Below, one piece after another: positions 25,230 through 37,564 of a stretch of 64,000 nt of DNA. The stretch spans positions 161,324,001 through 161,388,000 of the forward strand of contig OZ024742.1 of NCBI GenBank assembly GCA_964016885.1. Direction: 5' to 3'. Source of the stretch: Eledone cirrhosa (Eukaryota). The notes under the pieces were generated by a model. It ran no database searches. It saw nothing but the letters and a program-made list of their open reading frames with translations, and was not told the DNA's origin. Position numbers and translations under genes: made by a program. The number at the start of each line of letters is the position of its first letter. Position 1 is the stretch's first letter.

Positions 25230-25522
25230 CAGTAGAACTTTGGTTCACGAACGCCTCTCACAACGAACAATTTTTCCGAACATAAAACGTCTCGGTTCAT
25301 GAATGGTGTCTCGAGTAACGAACACGCAAGTCACTAACAAGCTTGGAGTATCCGCGATAAAGCGTCACTTGCTGTGTAGTTAGTTACTATGGTAATATCT
25401 ATCTGCCTTTCACACACGGTCTCTCAACATTTCGTATGAAAAAAATAGTTTCGGGTTACGAACATTTCGAGTGACAAACGGCCTTCAGAAACGAATTAAA
25501 TTTGTAAATCGAAGTTCAACTG
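25230..25522. mobile_element. Tigger/pogo-like (Tc1-mariner) MITE
   Basis: TA|CAGTAGAACTTTGGTTCACGAA ... TTTGTAAATCGAAGTTCAACTG|TA: imperfect TIRs with a TA TSD. Confidence 0.75.
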
Positions 25523-25802
25523 TAAATCATGGTTTAAATACAGTGGCTAACGGTCGAAGGGAAATAACTCACTACAATTTTGATTGCTACACTAACGCGT
25601 TGATTTACTGTGATAGAAACAATTATTATAAATAGAAAGCAAAATAAATGGAAAGATTGAATAACGGAAACCAAGAATTACATGACTGGATGATATCAAT
25701 AATTGAATAGGTTTAAAATACAATGAATTTATATGGTCGGCTCACGAAGGAGCATGATGGCGATCCAAGTTCAACTGACTGAAAGCAGACGATACCTAAT
25801 AA

Positions 25803-25980
25803 TGTTTCTACTTTTGGCACAAGGCCAGCAATTACCCAGTGCATTACTGGAACTTTATTTTATCGACCCCGTAAGGATGAAAGGCAAAGTTAACCTCGGC
25901 AGGATTTGAACTCAGAATGGCAAGGGCCGTAACTCTATGCGTCAAAGCATGGCGTCCGACCCTCTACCGATACTGCCAGA
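25803..25980 (-). mobile_element. Short tRNA-derived SINE, second family
   Basis: Same consensus, with B-box-like GAGTTCAAATCC. Confidence 0.8.
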
Positions 25981-26119
25981 TTTACATATGAGCAATAATG
26001 TTGTTTTTGTTGTTTTTTTTCTTTCTTCGTTTCCTCGATACACCAATGATTTTTTGTTATTCATTACATTTTTCAAAATACGTTTACAATATCATAATGG
26101 AAAAAAAAGGAAAAAAATG

Positions 26120-26290
26120 CGATGAGGAAGTGGGAAACACTACAGCCTTGGCTAGACAAGATGGCAAAAATATTGCCATGGAAAATACCTTCCTCACGCG
26201 TGATGCCGTCATTCCGATTTGGCGGCGGAAGACTGCAGTCAGTGGACCAAAGATATCTGTGGTCTCGATGGCCAACAAAATATTTACGTA
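26120..26290. promoter_or_regulatory. Probable HTATSF1 promoter/TSS region
   Basis: Local CpG enrichment in AT-rich DNA. YY1-like CAAGATGGC (~26157) and ETS-like GGAAG/CGGAAG motifs lie next to the putative first exon. Confidence 0.4.
26189..26212 (-). CDS. HTATSF1: HTATSF1 putative first coding exon (MTASRVRK)
   Basis: ATG at 26212 in a CpG-enriched patch, then 24 nt to the donor AAG|GTATTT. Joins in frame (phase 0) to the acceptor at 23986. No homology support for these 8 residues. Confidence 0.5.
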
Positions 26291-26689
26291 ATTTTGTATT
26301 ATCCACTATAATACGCCAACAGTTGATTACATAATTACATAATTGTGAACTATCTTATTAATAGAAGACAAAAGATTGAATGAGGAAAACCAAGGATTAC
26401 GTGACTTGGATGATATCAAAATTTGTATGTTTCAAATACAGTGAATTTATAAGGACGGTACGAGAAAGAGGGAAATGTCAATCCATGTTGTTCAACTGAC
26501 TGAAAACAGACGACACAGGATAAACAAGAATGTAGTAGTTATTTTGTTTCTTTGTTTTGTTTCTTTTTCCTCCATCCATGAAATTTTTATAAGCTTCAAT
26601 TTTCAAAATAAGTTTACAATATCATGATAGAAAAGAGAAAGTGGGGGGGGGGGGGTGAAAGAGAAATGGAGAGTGGACAAGGTCTATAA

Positions 26690-26898
26690 CAGTTATGGGC
26701 AAACTGTGGCCAGTTTGGCTTTCTGAATGGTGCGTCTAATTTCAAAATTGCCATAAATTCCTTTAGTAGTGCGGCCCGCTTTATGATGAACCACAGCCTA
26801 TGCGGCCCGTTTTATGATGAACTACAGCCTATGCGGCCCGTTTTATGATGAACTACAGCCTATGCGGCCCACTGCTCGAAAAAGGTTGCCCATACCTG
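26690..26898. mobile_element. hAT/Charlie-like MITE with three internal 31-bp tandem units
   Basis: TIRs CAGTTATGGGCAAAC / GGTTGCCCATACCTG. Degenerate 8-bp flanks GTCTATAA/CTCTACAC. GCGGCCC units start at 26771, 26802, 26833 and 26864. Confidence 0.72.
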
Positions 26899-28289
26899 CT
26901 CTACACCCTTAGCTGGAAGGTATCAGTCATTGCACACTGTGGCGGTGATGATGATGTAGGAGTTATTTCCCCTTGGCTGTCATAATACTTCTAAGTAACT
27001 TGAAATATTTCAGACGGAAGAGATACCAGCATTCCTAAACGTAACGTGTAATTAATTGAATGTGCATGTCTTCTTCATTTTTTTTTTCTTGCTTTACTTT
27101 TTTTCTCTCTTGTTTGTTTCATTTGTGAATCATATTCATTGTTTTTTTTAGTAAATTTTATACTTTTATAAAATGTTAAATCTTTTAATGGTAAATAAAT
27201 TCACACATTCGTTTACACAATTTCTAACGTTTAGGGTAATTTTTATAGTATTGCCGCTACTTACACTGCTAACTTCTCTGTTAATTGTCCAATATTATAT
27301 CGACTGTAGCCTGAGAGTGACAGACAGAGTGGCTAACGAATGATGTGGTGACACTTGCGAGCGTGCATACGCGTATAAACATGTGTGCACACAAACATAC
27401 ACATGAATACACACACACACATTCATATATATATATAAACAGAAACAAACAACAAACAAAAACACATAGACAAACGACCAAATACATACTCACACAAATA
27501 CATACAAACATAAGTACACACACACACTTGCTGAGCGTTTGTATAGTGTTCATGTGGTAAGAAACACTCAGGAGAGCTAGACAACAGAAGGTCTTCAGAG
27601 AAGAAACCCCGCTCATGCGAAGTGTTTCAGCCTTTAACTTCTTACGCTCTAAGGGAATTGGGCCGCATCCAAGTCATGACTCCTGGGTGCCCTTCTGCTG
27701 ACATTTAGCCACACGGATAAATGTTTTCTTTTTACTTTTTATGTTTTGGGGCTTTTTTTTTTTTTTTTGACGAATGTAATAAAATGAACCTCTGATGGGT
27801 GTTCCAGTTGTTTGATCAACGGAACAGCCTACTCATGAAATTCACGTGCAAGTGGTTGAGCATTTCATAGACACTTGTATCCTTAACATAATTCTCAGAT
27901 AGTGCGGCTCTTTGTATTACAGGAAGGGTTTATTTGACAGGCTTCCATACAATTTCACTCACAAGGGCTGAATTAACTTGAGGCTATGGTAAACGACAAT
28001 TGCCCGAGATGTCATGCAGTGTCATTGACTCTGGCATCTTATGATTGTGAAGCAAACGTTTTAACTATTCAGCCATGCAGCTTCCACTACGCAATATTGG
28101 CCTCTCACTGTCAGATGTCCTCTCTCATTGTCGGATGGCCCCCTCACTGTGAGATGACTCTCACTTACCCTTAACAAGTAACATATAGCCTAACACTTGC
28201 TCTCTCATCCTACTCGTGTCATTACCTCCCCAGCTGGACCAAGGACACAATGAGCACCCAATTGTCATAATGAGTTAACACTGGTCACA

Positions 28290-28855
28290 TGATAAAACAC
28301 ACCCAGTCTGCCCTGTAAAGAGCGACAACAAAAAGCATCCAGTCTGACCTGTAAGGTGGTAGTGCTAGTGCCACAACATAAAGCACTCAGTCCACCCTGT
28401 AAGATGGCAGTGCTGGAGCCACAACAAAAAAGCACCCAGTCCACCCTGTAAGATGGCAGTGCTGGAGCCACAACAAAAAAGCACTCAGTCCACTCTGTAA
28501 GATGGCAGTGCTGGAGCCACAACAAAAAAGCACTCAGTCCACCCTGTAAGGTGACAATGCTGGTGCCATGACAAAAGGTACCCAGTCCACACTGCAAAGG
28601 TATAAGTCCTGGTGCCATGACAAAAAGTACCCAGTCAACCCTGGATGGTTGTAGTGCTGGAGGCAAGAAAAAAGCTCCCAGTACACACTGTAAAATGGTT
28701 GGCATTAAGAAGGTTATCCAATCATAAAAACCCAAGCCCAAAATGGAATGTATGAGCAAGATGTGGTCACCTAACCTGCCTAGCCTTGGAATATGACAAC
28801 CTATCTAACCTATGTCAGCATGGAAAATAGATGTTAAATGGTGGCAATGGTGATA
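28290..28855 (+). repeat. 49-bp tandem array (~8 units) within a non-autonomous RTE-tailed element
   Basis: AGCAC(T/C)CAGTCCACCCTGTAAGATGGCAGTGCTGGAGCCACAACAAAAA at 28382, 28431, 28480 and 28529, with diverged flanking units, followed by an RTE-type 3' end. Confidence 0.85.
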
Positions 28856-29227
28856 AAGATATATAGTCCTTTTTTTAGATATATGGTCCTTTTCTTCAAA
28901 TCTCTGCTTTCTTTAATGCTACATGTATGTTTGAGCATGAGCAAAATTAATAATAACTTTAGCGAAATCCAAGTGTAGTGAATTCATTTATTCATTTATA
29001 CATATTTATGCTTATCCATGCAAGCGTTGAAAAGCAGACATAAATCGATGATGATGATTTTTAAACAATCTTATGTATTCTCCTATTATCCAAACATTGC
29101 CCATTATATGAGAAATAAGAGTCTAGTGTGTGTATATATTTATAGGATCGAACCTTGAGCTGATCAATCGCAAAATGTGCGTCACACCTGAATAAACTTA
29201 ATGAAAATTTGACACCTAATCCATACT

Positions 29228-29405
29228 TGGCAGTATCGGTTGAATGTCAGACATTATGCTTTGCAGCATAGGAGTTATGGCCCTTTACGTTCTGAGTTCA
29301 AATCCTGCCGAGGTTAACTTTGCTTTTCATCCTTACAGGGTCGATAAAATAAAATACCAGTAATGTACTGGGGTAATTGCTGGCCTTGTGCCAAAAGTAG
29401 AAACA
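29228..29405 (+). mobile_element. Short tRNA-derived SINE, second family
   Basis: Same consensus on the plus strand. Confidence 0.8.
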
Positions 29406-29440
29406 ATTATTAATTATATATATATATATGTATTCATTTT

Positions 29441-29758
29441 TCATTTTACGTCCACTTTTCCCTGCTTGCAAGGGTGGGATGGGAACTAATTCTGGCTTGA
29501 TTTCTACAGCTGGATGCCCTTCCTAACACCAACCTCATTTACAGTGAGTGCTGGGTGCTTTTTTGCCGTGGCACCTCCACGACCACTTTGCAGTGGAATG
29601 ATAGGGACCCCAGTCCTATCATCTCATTTCTACAGCTGAGTAAACTGGAGCAATGTGAAATAAAGTGTCTTGCTCAAGGAAATAACACATCACCCGGTCT
29701 GAGAATTGAACTCACAACCTTTCGATTGCAAGGCCAATGCTCTAACCATTAAGCCATG
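29441..29758 (-). mobile_element. Same SINE family as 2861-3209
   Basis: Near-identical reverse complement. Confidence 0.85.
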
Positions 29759-30100
29759 TATATATATGTATATATATATAGAGAGAGAGAGAGAGAAACA
29801 TATATAAACCCATGCTAGCATGGAAGATAGACGTTAAACAATGATGATGATGATATATGCAGAAATAACAAAGCAAACGGCATAGTGCAATGAACTCTAT
29901 TAGTTTTACACTTGACATAGTAGGAAAAGAGTCTTAACGTTTTGGACACTAGGCCTTCATCAGAAAATAAGAAATTAAAGAAGAAATAGAAAGATAGAGG
30001 AGGGCAAGATGTAACAGAAAGAAAAAAATTTCTTGGAGAAAACGCAGGTCTGTTCAGGTCACCAATATATATATAGAGTCCCTCATTCTAATATCTGTAA

Positions 30101-31214
30101 TGGGCTCTTAGAAAACTAGGAGTAGATGAGTGGCTTGTGAGGGCAGTACAAGCCATGTATAGAGGATCAGTCAACAAGGTTATGACTATAGTGAAGAATT
30201 TAGCATTCTGGTAGGAGTGCATTATGGGTCCGTTCTTAGCCCTCACCTGTTTATTATTGTCCTGCAGGCTATAACAATAGTTTAAGACTTGCTGTCCATG
30301 GGAACTTCTGTATGCAGATTATCTAAGCCTTATAGCTGAATTTATGGCAGATCTAGAGAAGAAATTCAAATCTGGAAGCAAGGACTAGAATCTAAAGGTC
30401 TTAAAGTCAATTTGGCAAAAACCAAAGTTATAGTATGTAGGAAGGATAATAGGGTCTAGATTCCCTCAGGGATGCTAGCAAAGAATGCAGATTTTATATG
30501 TGGTCATTGCACAGGTGCAGTAAGTAGCAAGAGCCCACAGGATACTAGCTCCTTTAAATGCCCAGAGGGCTCGGTAGAAGTAGTTGATAGTTTCTGTTAC
30601 CTGGATGACCAAAAGCAGTGGAAGGAGATGTTCCGAAAGTACTGTAGTCCAAGTGAGAACTAGATGGAGAAAATTCAGTGTGCAGGAGAGGAGATTGTGT
30701 TGGTATGGACAAGTGATGTGTATGAAAGATGACAGCTGTATTAAAAGATGCAGGGTGCTCAAAGTTGATGGAAGCTATGGTGTAGGAAGACATGGTATGA
30801 AGTGATAAAGCTGACCTTACATGATTGCACCTCTCGAAGGCAATGACACTACAGATCTTTTATGCACTATCTTCCTCACTTCCATACACCCCCACGTCCT
30901 AACACTCTACACATGTCCTAACACGCCTCCTTTCATTCATGTCACTACACCCCCAAATAAATGCCCCACCCTAGATCTACCTCACAAATCCCCATGTATC
31001 TCCCCCGCCCAGCCCCTAGTCCACACTGTAAAGTGATCATATAAGTGCCATGACAAAAAGCACCCTGTCCACACTGTAAATGTAGCTGGTGTTAGGAAGG
31101 GTATCAAGCTGTAGAAACCAAGCCAGATCTGTTCTGGCTTATCTCACAGCAGTACAATTCATCTAACACATGCTGGTGTGAAAAAATGGACGTTAAACGG
31201 TGATGATGATGATA
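30101..31214 (+). pseudogene. Decayed, internally deleted RTE 3' fragment
   Basis: Nucleotide similarity to the family B RT C-half (WALRKLGVDEW...CPWELLYAD) with stops; tail present. Confidence 0.85.
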
Positions 31215-34200
31215 TATGATCATCATTATCTTCATTTAAAGTTCGTTTTCACTACTAACAAATCTTGGACAGGTCATCACAGATGGAGTCAGTAGTCAAG
31301 CAGAGATACTGACTTCCCAGATGGGCCAGGGGCCTGCATCTTGCTTATATACGTTCCTGCACTCTACCAAAGTCTCAGACAGGCTGGGAGCCACCATCCT
31401 GCCCACATATGTTCTCTCACTCTTTCAAATGCTCCATGACTAGGGCGTTTGTCATGTCTTTGACACAACTGAAGAGTCCTCCCAGCCCTTTGTTAGGAGG
31501 GATTTCTACAAATGGATGCCTTTCTTTATCACAAAATACTTTACAGAGTGTACTAGATGCATTTATCACAAAAATTACCAACACTACAGAGGTTGTCATA
31601 TTTTTGACACAACTGAAGACTCCTTCCAACCCTTTATTTGGCAAGTTTTCTATGTATGGATGGATGCCCTTTCTTTCATCAACCACTTTACAGTGTATAC
31701 TCAGTGTATTTATTATGTAGGTCACCAACACTTGTAAGGTTGTTGTGCCAATGATACAACTGAAACCCTCTCGACTCTTTTTGGCATGGTTCTACAGCAG
31801 GATGCCCTTCCTATAGCCAAGCACCTTACAGTGTGTACTGGGGGCATTTTCCATGGCACCAGGACTTGAAAAATGATCAAATTAAGAAATTCTATAATTG
31901 GCATACTGTTCATATTTTGGCAAGGTTTTTCTGGCTGGATGCCCTTCCTATCACCAACCATCTTACAGTGAGGACTGGGTGCCTTATTTGTACCACCAGC
32001 ACAACAAAGTTTATCTTACTGAGCTCAAGAGTCCTCTCCACTCTCCTAGAGAGGTTGCTTTCACTACAGCTTATGGAGCCCACATCTACATTTCTGCCAA
32101 ATGAGATATCAAATACTAATTTTATGAATGACGCAGGTGAATGTTTTTTTTTATCCTAAAATGGCAAACAAACCAATTATTGAAAGATAAGAAAATAAAT
32201 TGATATATATATAATCATCATTTTTACATCCCTTGTTTGCAAGTATCAAGCAAGTCTTCTCTACTTTTTTCTTTCCTTTGTCATCACTGTAGGTTTCAAC
32301 ATCTTGAGATCAGCTATCACCACTACTGCCCAAGTCTTTCTTGGCCTTCCTCTACAACAGCTCCCTTCTATTTGGAACTGCTAGCTCTTCTACACTCGAC
32401 AATCATCACCCATATGCATTACATGTTCATATCAACAGAATCTTTTTTCCTGCACACCCCATAAGATTCCACTTTTCTCTTAATTCATGTTGTTTGTCTT
32501 TTGTACACGCTAACATGACACATCTGGCAGATCATCATGATCCTCATCATCATCACCATTTAACTTCTATTTTCCATGCTTGCATGGGTTAGATAGGTTG
32601 TCACATTCTGAGACTAGACTAATCAGGTGACTATGTTTTGCTCATGCACTCCAGAGTACTGGGAGCATTTTATTGACTCCAGTACTACCACCTTACAGGA
32701 TGAACTGGGTGTTTTTGTTATAACACAAGCCCTACTGCCTTAGAGTGGACTGGTTGCTTTTTGTCATGGCACCAGCACTACTGCTTTACAGCTTGAATCA
32801 TTTCTTGGGTTGACTCGAGGCTAAATTAAAGATAAAGTATATATTCTGTGTGCTCTAGGTCATCATAACCACTCATTAGATACCAGATTTTAGTTGCTTC
32901 CCTTTAAATTTCGAAATTACAATAAACTATTTTACAAGATTAAATTCATCTTAGATGTTCTCCACATGACAATTCAACATTAACCCTTTGGATACCAAAC
33001 GGCCTGGAAATACTCCTTGTTCTATGATACTGGGTGTTTATTTTAAAGAGTTTATATTATGGTGGAAGGGTTTCTTCCACCATAATCTTATGTAAGAACC
33101 TTTGTTAAGTTATGTTCAGATCACCAACTTAATTAAAAAGTTAGTTTATTAAATCCTTCAAAATTCTTTAACATTTCAAAATGATTTTAAAATTACTGGC
33201 AGTGCTTTTCATTAGAGATATAGTAACAAAATGGTTAATGATTAGAACAAAGTATATTTACAGACAAAAGTATATTTACATATATAGTTGAAGAAAAACA
33301 ATAGAAGTTGACAGGTAATGCCATTTTTAATATAAATCTACCAATATTACTCTTATTCTATGCCAATAAATGTATATTTTTGAGGGCAGGTTAACATAAT
33401 TAATATAGTGAGCCAAAAGGAATTGACAATATCAAATACACTCACCCTCTTGCCTCTTCTATAATACTTAGCCATCACTCCTCCACCAAAATCACTCATA
33501 ACATCTCTCTCTCTCTCTCGTCTGACCTGTCTATTCTCTGACCATAATAACGCATCCAGCCCATGCCAACATATAAAAAAGAATGTAAAACGATGATCAT
33601 GTTGATGAAAACGACGATGGTAATGGTGATGATTGTTGTAGAGTGTTGATGGTGACGGTGGTGGTGGCGATAGCGGTGATCATGATGATGATGATGATGG
33701 TGCTATTGCCTCATTACACCATCCAGATTCTATCTTCAACACTCAACGAAATAAACAATACGAGTTTGTTCTGCTAACCAACACCATTGTAACTAAATTA
33801 TCCAACACGTGAATATATTTATTATATTTATTCATTAACTGTAGCACAATGTAGAGTGGTGAATGGAATGTTCTGCTGATAAGGGAGGTTATGAACATCA
33901 CACTATGCCACTTTCTCTGCTCTATGATAAACATGATGCTAAGACAACCACAGAGACTTCATTGTTGCAAAACAATGTCGCGGGTAGTCTCTTGAAAGAA
34001 AAGTAAGCTTTCACCGAACAAGGTTTAGCATCTGGGTTCGATTCCAGACTATAGCCATTTTACACTTACGCCGCTCATATAGTTGAACAAGGCACGGGAT
34101 CACATTTCCCTTTTCCTAAACAACCGAATTCTTGTATGCTTATATCATTATGCAATCCAATATATGCAACAGAAAAAAGAATTTCATTGCCTTTTGCGTC

Positions 34201-34924
34201 GAGAACTTTCAGAATAGAATAAGAAAACCAATAACACATATAAATACATATATATATAGAAAGAGAGTGACTATAAAATGTCTGTTTGTTAAATGTGTTA
34301 TCTATTTTGTCGTTAGTTCTAAGAGGAAAAAAAATAACAGGAACAAAAATTATCATCATATTTACCAGACACCAAACTATTTATATTCAGAACTCAGCCA
34401 TGATTATATTTAGAAACACATACGGTAGTCGTAAAAAGAATATATATATATATATATATATTTGAATTAAATCATATCACTTTTCTATCTCACGACATTA
34501 TTATAATATAAATTCGAGATAATTTTATTTTATAAATGCTAAAGGTTTGTTTATTAATTAGTTTGCTAATTCGTTTGTTATTGTAGCAAAATTTCTGATA
34601 TAACGACATGGCCAAAAATTAAAATTAAGAAAGGGAAGTAACTATAACTAGAATTGATTTTCTAGTCTGACACAAATTTCACAGCTGTTCGATAACCTGT
34701 CTATATATACAAATGATGACGTAAATAATAATTGCTTGTTTTTGTTGTTGTTTTTTTGTTTATAGGTGGGGACAGCGTAACTGACTGCCATGGTTGTCAT
34801 TGATTTTCATCAACGTTAACTATCGAAGACAACTGAGAATGTAAATATATTCGTTATAGAATACGTCTTTCTTTTGTTCTTTCAATATAAATATAAAAGT
34901 ATATTGCTCTGAACAAATCTTCGT

Positions 34925-35300
34925 TCAGGCATATTGAGAAGGTGCCTGGATGCAGCTAGCTTTCCATCACAACTGGGGCCAGCATTCCTCGACTGCGGAG
35001 ATGGCAAGCGCCCCGACAGAATTACCCTCTTCCCATTCGAAGGAGGTAAATACCTCATCTGGAACCCCACATGCTGTGACACGTTCTCCTCCTCCAACTT
35101 AGTCACTTCGGCTACAAATCCCGGTTCTGCAACTCGCAATGCAAAAGACAGGAAGACAAGTCACGGACCATTGTCCGCAGAAATGCAGTTTTGTCCGCAG
35201 GGCGCAGCCGAAACACCGCCCCACCCTAGGCATAAAGCATGTCATCCTCTACCTTTCCCCTCTCTTTCTTCCGTGGCCTAATAGTCCTTGCTTTTTCCCT
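34925..35300 (+). pseudogene. CRE-like non-LTR retrotransposon, restriction-like endonuclease fragment 1
   Basis: DGKRPD-ITLFPF-GGK-LIW--TC-DT motif typical of the CRE-clade RLE domain. Confidence 0.75.
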
Positions 35301-35774
35301 CCTGTTCCTCTCGTTTATCGCATTTATAGTTCTTTCTTCTACTTTCCTATACAACCAGATCTACACTTCTTTACGCTTTCCCTCCTTTTTTCATTACTTG
35401 ATTTTATTTTTGTCTTTTTTTTTCATATTTCCATCATTGTATATCTTCTTTTTGTAAAATATAGTTGACATAATATATTTGTGTTAAATAATTTATCGTG
35501 CATCAAAAGGGCATTTACACACACATGAATAAATAAATAAAATTGTTCGTGTGTTTGTCTCCCATGCACTTAACAACCAGAGGACCGATCATGTTCAAAC
35601 TTGGCATGCGAGTGAATAAAACAAAATTCTTTTATTTCTAGGATAAAATTACATATAATAATAAAGAACTTGATATTTAATCAAACAAAAAGTAAAGGAA
35701 AGTAGCATTGCAAAATACTATAAATGAAAGGGAAAAGACAATGGTTATTGAGCAACGAAAGAAAGGGGGACAAA

Positions 35775-36060
35775 CCCTATAGCTTTGCACCGGTCACCCT
35801 CAAGACCTCTGGCGTCCTCGGACCTCGTACAACCGACCTCCTCCGTAAAATTGGAATGGAAGCAGCCCGTCAAAGGAAGGATCTCCGCGAGGTGGAATGG
35901 CTGTTGTAGGGTGTGGAAGGCCATTGTCTGCGCAATGACTTTGCCATTTTGTCCGCAGGGCGTAGCCGAAACACCACTCGGACTTCAGTGTAGAATATGT
36001 CACCCTCCCCATTTATTTCGTTGCTTTATCATCTTTGCCCTTTCCACCCTTTTCTACTTT
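35775..36060 (+). pseudogene. CRE-like RLE fragment 2 (C-terminal part)
   Basis: YSFAPVTLKTSGVLGP...LL-KIG...D-RE--WL motif. Shares the 3' sequence TTTTGTCCGCAGGGCG-AGCCGAAACACC with fragment 1. Confidence 0.7.
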
Positions 36061-36357
36061 ATTTTACTTTGACTAAATATTAAATTATTTATTGTTTTTA
36101 TGTAATCTTATCCAGTTAATTTGGTAGAAATATTTCCATGGTGAAAATTTATTTACAGGAAAATTGCAGCGCCCCTTGTTACATGTGATTGGACGTGTGT
36201 GTCTTCACCCTTTTTTTTTTTTTTCCATCATTTATATAGTTTTGGGTTGTTTTTTGTTTGTAGGCATTCTATTAATAAAAATAAAACTTTTCTTGTCCAA
36301 TTTGACGATAGACAAATGTACACCTTCGAAAATGTGCTTACTCGCTTTCTTAATAAT

Positions 36358-36568
36358 TGTTTCTACTTTTGGCACAAGGCCAGCAATTATCCCAGTGTAT
36401 TACTGGTACTTTATTTTATCGACCCCGTAAGGATGAAAGGCAAAGTTAACCTTGGCGGGATTTGAACTCAGACCATAAAGGGCCATAACTCTTTGCTGCA
36501 AAGCATGGCGTCCGACCCTCTACCGATACTGCCAATCCGTCCGACCCTCTACCGATACTGCCAATCCA
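36358..36568 (-). mobile_element. Short tRNA-derived SINE, second family, with a ~29-bp head duplication
   Basis: Same consensus; CCGACCCTCTACCGATACTGCCAATCC occurs twice in tandem. Confidence 0.8.
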
Positions 36569-37564
36569 CTCGCTTTCTTAATACATATTTTACAGACATA
36601 TATTTTCGAAAGTGTAGATTACGATTTTGTTTATAAACGATTTTCTTTTTTTTTTTTTAATTGTCAATTTTGCCCATTGAAATCACCGGAATTTAACTGG
36701 GATTTTAAAATAGAGCATTACCAAAACCTCATTCAGTGGAGATAACAATCTCTGTCGGGTAACATTTCCACGATACCTAATAAATTATTTGGTACCATGC
36801 TAGATACATTGAGAGGCACTCGTTGAATATAGGCTTCTACTTTCACTTTGTCAAACTTGTAGTTGATGTCATTTAGTTTGGCTGCCGGCTGCTTGGGGCT
36901 AAACAACGAAGAGTACGGAAAATGTTGACACTGTTACAAGTAATATTGTTAAAGATTACCTTTGCGTGAATATTAAACACTATATATTTTTCTTTCGCGG
37001 GCTTAGTAAATCCTTTAAATTTGTTTTCATAAAAATTTGAATTTTAGAAATTTAACACATTTATAAAATATATAAATAACCATCAACTTTTAAAACCTAA
37101 AATTTTGATTCGTTACCCTAAAATAACATTAATTAAATATTTTGAAATTTATAGTCAATTTGATACCTACTGTCTGTTTTGACTGGTTCAAAGTCAGCAA
37201 TATCAGACTATAAATAGATTGATGTCATCTTTTCTTTGAAGTCCCTAAGGCTGCTATCAAATCTTGTCAAGTTATTTTAATAGAGAGCAAAAAGTGGGAG
37301 TGATACAATTTATAGTTCAGTTAATTAGTTCTTTCTCTTCACCATTTCTAGAAAACATACAGCTTATGAGAATTTGAAAATTTTAAAAAGTTTGCTCAAT
37401 CCATCTCTGAAAGAAATTCTTTCCAGTCACTTAGACAATTACCTTATCCAAACGATGGAACAAAATGTGTAAATAAAATTCCAAAAATAAGAATAAAAGT
37501 TGATATAAACTCACCGTGTGTGTACCTCAGGTCCTTTTTTATTATTATTATCATTATTATTATT

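Noticed and set aside
28290-28700. CRISPR-like regular repeats
   Set aside because: Units are head-to-tail with no unique spacers, the context is eukaryotic, and there are no cas genes.
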